The notes under the pieces are model-generated. The model worked only from the letters and a program-made list of their open reading frames with translations. It made no database searches and was not told the origin of the DNA. A program made the translations under genes and the position numbers. A stretch of DNA of 64,000 bases from Neocallimastix sp. 'constans' (Eukaryota): the NCBI GenBank assembly GCA_050613775.1, contig JBODTK010000001.1, positions 2,232,001-2,296,000 on the forward strand, read 5' to 3'. This document shows positions 42,823 to 52,836 of this stretch, piece after piece. Position 1 is the first letter of the stretch. Each line of letters opens with the position of its first letter.

Positions 42823-43463
42823 TATAACAAAATATTATAATAAATATAATAACACTCAAAAAAACAAAAATTATTTTATTTTTTATTTATTTTTTTTTTC
42901 TTTTATTATAATTATTTTATTAATTATATTTATTATAATACTATAAGCCGCAAGGGTTGATATAGTATTAATATTAAAAAAGTTTTATTAAAAAATTAAG
43001 TTTTATTAACTAAACAAAATTAAAATAAAAAACACAAAGGAAAGAATATTTGTTAATAAGAATTTTACTCATATTTATATTTTTTTCAAAAGTTAAAGTT
43101 ATTAAAAAATAAAAATAAAAGTTTCTAAAAAGTTCTTAAAAATCGAAAAATTTAGAAAAAATAGAAAACAATAGAATTAAGAATTTAATAGAATAAATTT
43201 TAATTAATTAAACACAAGAATTATCAAGAAATTCTAGTAATTTCTTGAACTATAAAGAATCTTCTAGATATTTTTTAGAATAAAACTATAAAATAATAAT
43301 AAATGTGAATCGAACCCTAAGTAGTTTGATTCATGGTATTAGTTACTAACAACTATACCAGAAATAATATTTTTTAAATTTAATTATTTGTTTTAAAACT
43401 TTATTGAAAAATAATACTAAATATTAAAATAATAAAATAATTGTAATTATTAATTCTGTTATA
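42823..43463 (-). repeat. gypsy 5' LTR
   Basis: Direct repeat of 36617-37257. Confidence 0.95.
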
Positions 43464-45195
43464 ATTTGTTTAAAATTTCTTTTATTATATTTCTAATCCA
43501 TAATATTTTCTTTATATTTTCGGAAGTGCTTATGTACTCTGCTTCAGCAGTAGACGTAGCAACACTTGTTTGTTTCTTGGACAACCAGCATATCGGACTT
43601 GTTCCCATAAGTATTATTCCTCCTGAGGTAGATTTTCTATCTTCCAAACAGCCGGCAAAGTCAGAGTCGGTATATGCAACAAGCTCCCCCTTTCCATTAT
43701 ATTCTATCTTAAATTCTTTGGTACTATTAATATATTTTAGAATATTTATTATTTTGTTCCAATCCGATATAGTTGGATTTTCACATTTTCTTGAAGCTTT
43801 ATTTACAGCGAAAGCTATGTCAGGTCTAGTACATTTCGAAAGGTATATTAAGGAACCTATTGCGCTTTTGTAGATTGTTTTATCGAAAGGTTTATTGTTT
43901 TCTGATATTTTATTATCACCAGTACATGGTGTTTTTCTTTTCTTTGTATTATCAATATTAAATTTATATAACATATTATTTATAAAATTTTTCTGTGAAA
44001 TAATATATGAATTATTTTCTTTCTTTACTTCAATTCCTAATATGTATTCAATTGGATCACATTTAGATATTTTAAATTTTGATTTTATTTTATTTATTAT
44101 TTGTTTAATGTATTCGTTTTCTCCAGCGATGACCATGTCGTCCACGTATAAGCCGATAATGCATTTTGTTATATTATTTTTTGTAAATTTGAAAATACAT
44201 TGTTCGGATTTAATTTGAATGAACTCATTTTTTATTAGGAATTTTCTAATGGTATTATACCATTGTCTACCAGATTGCTTAAGGCCATACAAAGCTTTGT
44301 TGAGCTTCCAATATCCCCGCCCAAAGCGCGTATCGCCTTTAGGAATAGTAGTATAAATATCTTTATCAAGCGGAGCATTAAGGTAAGCGGCCTTTATATC
44401 TAGCTGGAAAATATTCCACTTAAGAGCAGCAGAAATAGCGAATATTAATTTAAGACCATCAATGTTTAGAGTAGGAGAATAAGTTAATTCATAATCGATT
44501 CCCCATTTTTGTTTAAATCCACGAGCAACTAAACGAGCTTTATATTTATAAATATTATTATTTGAATCACGTTTAGTGTTGAAAACCCATTTTGTGGTAA
44601 TGATGTTCTTGTTTTTAGGTACATTTTTAACAAAAGTCATAATATTATTAGAATAAAGGTTATTAAGTTCATCATTAATAGCCTCAATCCAGTTATTTTT
44701 GTCTTCACTGTTTATTGCTTCTTCATACGTATTAGGAATGTGACAAAATATAGAAGCAATAATAATGTCGTTGATTTGGTCTAGTTTTCTACGAGAACTA
44801 ATATTAGTAGGTGCAGTCTCTTTATATTTTGGACTAAGTGGTCTTTTATAGATGTTGCCATATTCTGTAATGGCTACAATGTCATCCATAATTTCATCTT
44901 TATTAAAATCAATAACACTTGATGCATCTATAAGAGATTTGTGGGCATAATTTTCTTTGTTTACTATATTATTGTTGTTAAATTTATTATTTATTTCGTT
45001 ATTATTAGTAGGTGAAATTTCGTCTGTTTTTTGAGAAATTTGGTTGGTTGAAGAATCGGTTATTAAAGGTAAATTCTGATTAATATTATATGGAAGAGTT
45101 ATATTTTTAAGATTTTCCATTACCGTATTTTTATTATCTGAAGGAATATTATTGATATCTATTGTAGGAGTGGAGAAATTATAGTTTTTCTTCAT
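43464..45195 (-). CDS. copia ORF2: reverse transcriptase and N-terminal half of RNase H (interrupted)
   Basis: PNTYEEAI; KYKARLVARGF; QLDIKAAYLNA; LNKALYGLKQSGRQW; LYVDDM; TRPDIAFAV; YTDSDFAG; ATSTAEAEY. Confidence 0.95.
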
Positions 45196-48100
45196 AGAGT
45201 CGCTGGATTTTGAATTTTGTTGAATTTATTATTTTTCGATAAAAAATTTTTATTAATAAAATTTTGATCATTTTTTGGTAAATTTTTGATATTCATTGAT
45301 TTATTTGAATTATTAATAGATTTATGTGAATCATTATTGTTGTCATATGTTATTATTGAATTATTTGAAGATTTTTTGATATGATATGAATGTGATTTTG
45401 CTTCAGCCAATAGATTTTCTTGAAAATTTTCATCATTTTTTGAAAAATTTTTATTATTAAAATTTTTTTTCATATTATTATTATTTATTGTAAAATTCTG
45501 TAAATTTTGGCTTGATTTTTCATTATTTAAAAATATTTTATTTTTATCAAAATTTTCAAATTCGGTTATTTTTTCTTTTCCTTTGTTCCTGCTGGAAGTT
45601 GAGGCGGCGTAAGCAGGATCTTCTGGTTTATATTTTTCAATAATGTTAGAATTAAAATTGGTATTCTTAGTATTATTTCTAAACTTTTTATTATAATTTT
45701 TATTTATTATTTCTAAATTTCTATTTATCTCATTCAAATAATTATTTTCAGAATTATTTTTGTCAACATTGATGAAATTGAATTTCAATTTAAATTCACA
45801 ATTATTTTTATTTTTAATTTCAGGATTAATTTTAGAATTAATTTCAACATCTTTATTTAAATTATGGTTATTTTTCTGGTTTATATCTTTATTATCAAAT
45901 TCTTGATTTTCTTCATTTAACGATATATTATTGACATGCTTATTTTTAATGTAATTACTTTTATGTTCTGTATTAGTAGTCCTTTCATTATTAATATTTT
46001 CATTTAAAATGTTTTCTTCATTTAAGATGTTTCTTCCATTAAAATTATTTTCATTGTTCATATTATTATCTTCATTTATATTATTATCTTCATTTATATT
46101 ATTATCTTCATTTATAATATTATCTTCTGGATTCATATCTTTTCTATTGTTGTCTTTCATAAATGAGAAGTAAGAGTCTTTATAATTGCTTGTTTCGTAT
46201 TTGTGTTTACTAGGCTCTTCTTCAACGAATTCTACATCGTTAGTATAATGTATTTTATTATTTTCAATATCCATGATAATATATGAATATTTTTTATCAT
46301 CAAATCCCAAGAATACGCCCTTCTTAGCATTTGGTAAAATTTTTGATTTGTGTTGTGTATCATCCCTGTAATAACACACACAACCAAAGGTTTTTAAATG
46401 TTTTAACTCTACCTTTTTGTTGTAAAATACTTCATTGGGTATTAAAAATTTATTTCCTGAATGGGGAATTAAGTTATATATGTAGCATGCCTGTTTTATG
46501 GCGAAATTCCAAAAGTTTTCTGATAATTCTGCCCAATATAGAAGAGTTTTAGCTGAATTTCTAAGAGTTCTGTTTATTCTTTCAGCTTTTCCATTAACTT
46601 CAGGGCAACCTGGAGGAGAATAGGTTTTTTCTATTCCATTTTCTTTACAGTATTTATTAACTGTTTTATTTTTAAATTCCTTTCCTCCATCTGATTTAAA
46701 TATTTTAATATTATATTCTTCAAATTGGTTATTTAAGTACTTGAAGAATTCCACAATTAATTCGGGAGCTTCGGCTTTAGATTTTAAAGTATATATCCAT
46801 ACTTTTCTTGAGAATTCATCCATGAATGTAATAAAGTATTTTTTATTATTGATAGATGAATTGTATGGACCTGAAATGTCTGAATGTATTATTTCCAATA
46901 TTTTCGTAGCTTTCGGTATTTTTCCTCCGTGTGATTTTCTTGACATTTTAGCTACTTTACATTCTATGCATTTAGGAGTTTTTATTTGGTGTAAACTTAG
47001 ATATTTGTTTATGTTTTCTAGGTAATAATGACCTAGTCTTCTATGCCAAATTTCAAGGCTTTTTTCATCAACTTCGTTTAAAGCCATAATATTTTTATCC
47101 TTTTCTTCAAAGTTTTTATTAATCTTGTAAGTATTTACTAAGAATTGATTATCATTTGTAGAATAATAAGTTCCTATATATACATTATTTGGACCCCATA
47201 AGTTAAATCTACCACGTGTATAATCATCAGTGTCAATAATGACTCTATATCCTATTTTGGCCAGTTCTATTCCACTAATAAGATTTTTAGTTGCAGATTT
47301 TGAATATAATACCTTGTCTAGTCGTACATATATTCCATTAATGTAACATTCGTAAGTACCATATCCTTCGAAGCTACACATTGTCCCATTGGCACATCTT
47401 AACTTTATTTTGCAGTGAATAAAATTATTTAGCAAATTAAAATCATTAGTTATATGTTCTCCAGCACCAGTATCATATAACCATTCACTAGTCTTATCAT
47501 TTTCTTCATAATAATTGATGTTGTTTACATATAATTCCTCTTTTTTATTAGGAATTGTTATCTCCTTTGGAATAATAGAACTATCATTCACGTATTCAAT
47601 TAATCCAGAAAATTTAACCTTATTGTTAATGTTTATTTCTTCTTGTTTTTCTATCAGTGCCCTTGCGTCTTCAAAATCAAAATTATCGTCATAACTACTG
47701 GCACTGTCTGGATCAGAAATTTTACTTATTAAATGTAAAGACTTCTTTGGATGATCATTTAATGTGGTCTTTACTTGAAGCTTTTCTTGCCTCCCTTTAT
47801 TATGATTTGACTTCGTCTTCATATTATATATGCAGTTTCTGGTAGAGTGTCCTTTAACTTCACAAATGTGACAATATGATTTATTATTATTGTCTTTGTT
47901 ACTATTATCTTTATTATTATTGTTATATTGGTTACCATTTTGCTTTCCTCTTTTCTTAGAGTTAGAGCTTTTGTTATTATGGTTGTTGTGTTCATTTTTC
48001 TTTGAGGAATTACTAGTTCTTCTTCCTCTACTGATAAAATCTAGATCCATTGGATCATCTTTTTCAATGGTTTTGTTATCTTCCCAATTTTCTAGGTAAG

Positions 48101-48836
48101 ATTTTGCATAAATAAAACTTTTGAGATTATTAATATATACATTAGGGTCACTATTCAAATTAATTTGAATGATATTTTTATAATCATCCGGTAGTACGTT
48201 ATAGAGATATTTTAATTTTTCCTTATCAGTGATCTCCACATGTTGTTCTTCCATATCATCGAAAGTTTCTTTCATAAGTTCTAGCTTTTCGATGATTTGA
48301 TTTCTATCTCTGGCTTTAATACTTCTTAATCTTTTAAGCCAGTATTCCATATCAGCATTTGAATTTCCATATTTTGATTTGAGTCTTTCCATTATACGGA
48401 AACCATTATTAAGTCTGCTGATTTCTCTTAAAACAGAATCATCGACATTCTTACTGATCATGAGTATCATGTCAGCATCGATCCTTTCTGCTTCCTCAAC
48501 TAATCTGATATGATTAAGAGGATTACCAAAAAAGTTAGTTAGCTGAGTATTGATATCAACATTATTGTTTCGATTAACCTCAGCATTGTTTCGAATAGGT
48601 GCGGCAGGAGCTTGCGGTAACATTTTGGTAATTAATTTAGTAATTACCTTGTTGATAACATCGTTGACATTGGGGTTGTAATTAAAACCTACATCATTAA
48701 GTTTTCCAATGACGTCGACTTCCATGAATTCCTTAATACCTTGACGTTTAGCGGCATTGTCAATAAGGAATTTCCACTCATTAAAGTTGGATTTTCCATG
48801 GAGGCGTTGGTCCTTAGCTAAGTTAAAGTCTTGCAT
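45192..48836 (-). CDS. copia ORF1: Gag, protease, integrase and Asn-rich linker, 1214 aa
   Basis: LHGKSNFNEWK; CHICEVKGHSTRNC; WLYDTGAGEHI; WHRRLGH; IHSDISGP; FKSDGGKEF; PEVNGKAERINRTL; LKTFGCVCY; GVFLGF. Confidence 0.96.
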   Translation of the reverse strand: MQDFNLAKDQRLHGKSNFNEWKFLIDNAAKRQGIKEFMEVDVIGKLNDVGFNYNPNVNDVINKVITKLITKMLPQAPAAPIRNNAEVNRNNNVDINTQLTNFFGNPLNHIRLVEEAERIDADMILMISKNVDDSVLREISRLNNGFRIMERLKSKYGNSNADMEYWLKRLRSIKARDRNQIIEKLELMKETFDDMEEQHVEITDKEKLKYLYNVLPDDYKNIIQINLNSDPNVYINNLKSFIYAKSYLENWEDNKTIEKDDPMDLDFISRGRRTSNSSKKNEHNNHNNKSSNSKKRGKQNGNQYNNNNKDNSNKDNNNKSYCHICEVKGHSTRNCIYNMKTKSNHNKGRQEKLQVKTTLNDHPKKSLHLISKISDPDSASSYDDNFDFEDARALIEKQEEININNKVKFSGLIEYVNDSSIIPKEITIPNKKEELYVNNINYYEENDKTSEWLYDTGAGEHITNDFNLLNNFIHCKIKLRCANGTMCSFEGYGTYECYINGIYVRLDKVLYSKSATKNLISGIELAKIGYRVIIDTDDYTRGRFNLWGPNNVYIGTYYSTNDNQFLVNTYKINKNFEEKDKNIMALNEVDEKSLEIWHRRLGHYYLENINKYLSLHQIKTPKCIECKVAKMSRKSHGGKIPKATKILEIIHSDISGPYNSSINNKKYFITFMDEFSRKVWIYTLKSKAEAPELIVEFFKYLNNQFEEYNIKIFKSDGGKEFKNKTVNKYCKENGIEKTYSPPGCPEVNGKAERINRTLRNSAKTLLYWAELSENFWNFAIKQACYIYNLIPHSGNKFLIPNEVFYNKKVELKHLKTFGCVCYYRDDTQHKSKILPNAKKGVFLGFDDKKYSYIIMDIENNKIHYTNDVEFVEEEPSKHKYETSNYKDSYFSFMKDNNRKDMNPEDNIINEDNNINEDNNINEDNNMNNENNFNGRNILNEENILNENINNERTTNTEHKSNYIKNKHVNNISLNEENQEFDNKDINQKNNHNLNKDVEINSKINPEIKNKNNCEFKLKFNFINVDKNNSENNYLNEINRNLEIINKNYNKKFRNNTKNTNFNSNIIEKYKPEDPAYAASTSSRNKGKEKITEFENFDKNKIFLNNEKSSQNLQNFTINNNNMKKNFNNKNFSKNDENFQENLLAEAKSHSYHIKKSSNNSIITYDNNNDSHKSINNSNKSMNIKNLPKNDQNFINKNFLSKNNKFNKIQNPATL

Positions 48837-48897
48837 GATTTCGAAGCGGTGAAGCGTATTAATTAAGTACTTTTAATAATAAATGATATGAGTCAAC

Positions 48898-48911
48898 TGA
48901 GACTCTTAATC
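48898..48911 (-). other. copia primer-binding site GATTAAGAGTCTCA, complementary to a tRNA-Lys(CUU) anticodon arm
   Basis: Abuts the 5' LTR. Its reverse complement TGAGA-CT-CTT-AA-TC equals nt 27-40 of the widely conserved eukaryotic tRNA-Lys(CTT). Confidence 0.8.
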
Positions 48912-49230
48912 TGTTAGCTTTATTAAATTTAGATCTATAATAATATTCCTTATGGAATATGGTATACAAGGGAAATAAGTGTATGATCTATCTTTCGGCT
49001 TTAAATAAGTAATAAAGTCACATGTTACTACATGCGTTTTCCATAACATAAAATAAATTAAAAATTAATTAAATAAATATTAAAAGATAATTAACATAGA
49101 TTTATACAAGACGATAGATCATAATACATTTAAGTAATCATTAAATATAAATAAATAAATACACATAAATATAAATAAATACTATAAATAAATAAATTAA
49201 ATATATAGTTAAATTATGAGTGCAGTCAAC

Positions 49231-49231
<1 letters not shown>
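48912..49231 (-). repeat. copia 5' LTR
   Basis: Direct repeat of 36036-36355. Confidence 0.96.
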
Positions 49232-49282
<51 letters not shown>

Positions 49283-49579
49283 TATTTGCTAGAATATGAG
49301 ATTAATGTAATAAAATGTAATATAATTAATACATAAGCCATAATGTATTAATATAAAAGCATTAATTTATAATAATTAAGTGCTAGTAACTCTCTTTATC
49401 TCTATATCATAAAATATATAAATAAAATTGACAAAATTATAAACCCTAAATTCCTGATTCTTAACAGAATAATAATCTCATCTGACCATTATAAAGATAA
49501 TAAACAAAAGAATCGTTCGCTGGATACAATATTATGCCTAAGAAAAATATCTTGAAATTTTAAATTTTAGTAAAAAATT

Positions 49580-50040
49580 GATAATTGATATACAAGTAGC
49601 GAAACTAGTCTTTGATATATCCTCTTCATTCATCATGATCTGATGAAAACCAGAAAATAAATTGATTGCAGTGAATATTTTAACTTCAGTTTCAATTGAA
49701 AATAAAATTTCATCAATTAAAGATAATGCATAGGCATCTTTCATTGTAACATTATTCAATTTCCTATAATCTACCCACATTCTCCATTTCTTATTCTTTT
49801 TTAGTACTAAAATAGCAAAAGAAAGCCATAAAGAAATAGAAGATTTGATTAATTTATTATTTATAAGTTTCTCCAATTCAACTTTAAGTGTCTAAATATG
49901 GACCTTAGAAAGCCTATAACATCGTTGTTTTATTGGTTTATATATTCTCGATATCCTCCATTGAATTTTGTGTGGAAGTTACTTTGTCGATTAGAGTTCT
50001 TCAATTTTTGTTGTAAATATTGAAAAATTCTTTAAATAAA
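49580..50040 (-). pseudogene. Decayed Ty3/gypsy reverse-transcriptase fragment (different family from the intact chromovirus)
   Basis: KPIKQRCYRLSKVHI*TLKVELEKLINNKLIKSS..KKNKKWRMWVDYRKLNNVTMKDAYAL..INLFSGFHQIMM..KTSFAT, with an internal stop and eroded motifs. Confidence 0.85.
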
Positions 50041-50174
50041 ATTTTGACTTTTTCATTATAATTATTTGGAATCTCAATTGTAATGTTTTGTAGTAATTTA
50101 TATTTTTTATTTCCGTTTTCATCAATTTTATAAATTATTTCACTTTCATTTTTCCTCATTTTCTTTTTCCTCAT

Positions 50175-50357
50175 TAACTTTCTTTTAATTCACTGATTAC
50201 GTTAACTTTGACATACTTAAATAACTATTTTGATCTTAAGACGTGATTCATATGGAATTCCCAGGTTTGTAAATTGTTTTTGTTTAATTGTTCTTCGATT
50301 TGAATAGTAGTTTCAGTTGACATATCTTATTTTAAATTTTAAATGAGACTCTTAATC
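50175..50357 (-). pseudogene. 5' remnant of a second copia family (PBS plus gag start)
   Basis: PBS GATTAAGAGTCTCAT at 50343-50357, then ATG at 50323: MSTETTIQIEEQLNKNNLQTWEFHMNHVLRSK*LFKYV, resembling a copia Gag N-terminus. Confidence 0.7.
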
Positions 50358-52620
50358 TTTTATTTGAAAATTAGTATAAACTATATTAAAATGTTTATTT
50401 ATAATATATTTATTATATTTATTATAAAAAATAATTATATTTATTTAAATTAAGTAAATTTCTCAGTATTTATAATAATATAAAATTATCAAAAATATTG
50501 TTATAAAACATTTTTGAGTTTCGTATACTTTGATAAATAATAATCATTATTTTAATTACATTTACAGTATTAAATCTACTTTATAAAAGGTTAAAAATTT
50601 TATTATAAGACAAATATTTAAATTATTTTTTTATCTAACCGTTAATAATAAAGATTATAATTAAACATTGGGTTTTCATAGTAATCTTTATTGGAATTCC
50701 TTAGCTTTTCATAACAAATATTATTAGTTAAAAATCACCCTCTCTTGATATTGATTCATCATGTCAACATTTTATAAAAAGCATTGTGAATCCGACCTTT
50801 CATATAAGCGGAGATAACTTTTTAAACTTTTTATATTAACACTTACATAAAAGCGTAAATTCGACGACTTATTGGTAAACACATCAATTAACTGAGCAAA
50901 CAGCCTATGATGCTTTCAATTCATAACTAAAATTTCAATATTCTTCATGAATTGTATGTAATACTTTATTAATTACATTTAGTTTGGTTTTCTGCTTCAA
51001 ATATAAGCATTCATTTCAAAAAATTTTGATTTGAGAGGGGAATTAGATAATAATACAATAGAAAACATAGGTATAAATCACAAAATAAGAAATACAAATA
51101 TTTACATATTTATTGATAGTAAAATCTAAATATTAAAAAATTTTATATCATTTAGATTTTAGGGGGAATAGATAAAAATAGGAAATAAGAATAATGAAAA
51201 GAAAATAAATATTAATTTAAAATAAAATTTAATTAAATTAATTATTTTAAAATATTAATTGCTTTGAAATGAAAGAAAAATCAGTATTGAACTAAAAGAT
51301 AAACTGAAAATTAGAAAAATAATTAACAAGATTTTATATTTAATAATTCAATATTATTTTATATATGATATATTTAAACCATATAATATTATATAATAAA
51401 GATGATCAGATTCATCTAATACCTATTAATAGTGTAATAACATTAAATACTTTATTTAGAAATTATTAAAACATATTTAAGAAAATTATAATTAATATAA
51501 GAGAATTAATATTTTATTAGAATATTATTTTATTTATGTAAATTGAAAATTATAATATTTCATGTATAATAGAAAGTTAATTTAGAATGGAAATAATTTA
51601 TAGTTTAACTAAAATAGAAAAATTTTAGTATTAGATAATTATATATAATTCATACCTATATTTGCAAATCAAATTATATTCTTGAAATAATTAGGTAAGA
51701 GGGGAATGATAACTTTCGTGAATATACATATACATTAAGAAATTACATTTATACTACATTAACATACTATATGATTAAGCCACATCAATTCAACTCTAAA
51801 CATCATTGTAAAGTAAATTTATTGTACATTTGCTCTTTGGTTCTCTAGTTTTATTATTCAAATCTATAATAAATAAAGTTGATATAACCGAACCCACAAG
51901 TCTATAACTTATTAAATATAAATAATATGTATTTATTATTAGTTATATTTAATAATAAATTAAATTCCAAATACAGGTTTATCCATATTTTTTTTTTTTA
52001 TTATAGATGATTAAATTATTTAAAATTTTTTTTAATCAAAAATAAAATTAATAAACAATATCGCTTTTTAGAATAATTTTTAATTTAGGAAAGTTCAGTT
52101 ATTTTTTTTTTTTTTTTTTTTTTTTTAATTATAATTATTAATTAAAAAAAAAAAAAAGCCAAAAAAAAAGAAATGATTTAAGAGATAATATTATAATATA
52201 GATATATTGTATTTTTTTTCTTTTTTTAATAATAATAATAATAAAATAAATATATTATATTGATTAAAAGATAATTAAAAACATAATTTTGTTTATTTAC
52301 TATTTATTATTTTTTTTTTTATAATTTATTATAAATAATATAAATAATATATATATAATATATAGTTAGATTAATTAACAAATTTAAAAAGGTAAAAATA
52401 TAATACATTATCATAATTGAATTAAGAAATAAAGAGTTAATAATTTAAATTTTATATATATATTCTTTTTTGTTAAATTTCTATTCTTTAAAAATTGTGA
52501 AAATATTAATAAATAAATAAAAATTGTAAATTAAATAGAGAATTTAAATCGATTTTATTTATAATCGAATTTTCAATATTATAATAGAATAAGAAGCAAT
52601 AGAAAATAATAAATTAATAT

Positions 52621-52695
52621 AAAAAGAAATTAATAATACAATATTAAAAAGAAATTAATAATACAATATTAAAAAGAAATTAATAATACAATATT
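52621..52695. repeat. 3 x 25-bp tandem repeat upstream of the Cas1p gene
   Basis: AAAAAGAAATTAATAATACAATATT three times. Confidence 0.9.
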
Positions 52696-52836
52696 AAGAA
52701 TAAATTTTCATAATTTTTTTATTTACAATAAAATTATTTATATTTATAAATAATAATAATATAAATTATAATAAATATAAATAAATAAATAAAAATAAGT
52801 TATAAATATAATATAAAATCGATAATTAAATACAAA

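Larger units (their letters stand above)
36617..43463 (-). mobile_element. Intact Ty3/gypsy chromovirus (Tf1/sushi-type) nested in the copia RNase H
   Basis: 641-bp LTRs at 36617-37257 and 42823-43463, with no mismatch seen by eye. 5-bp TSD ATTTG at 36612-36616 and 43464-43468. PPT present and a single intact gag-pol ORF. Confidence 0.97.
36036..49231 (-). mobile_element. Ty1/copia LTR retrotransposon, interrupted by a nested gypsy element
   Basis: 320-bp TG...CA LTRs at 36036-36355 and 48912-49231, with one mismatch seen (36229 A vs 49105 T). Flanking ATAAT at both ends. PPT and PBS present. Domain order gag-PR-IN-RT-RH. Confidence 0.97.

Noticed and set aside
51697..51985. Purine tract AAGAGGGGAA followed by TGATAAC as a possible PPT plus solo LTR (similar tracts at ~51033 and ~51161)
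   Set aside because: No partner LTR, terminal inverted repeat or TSD could be established.
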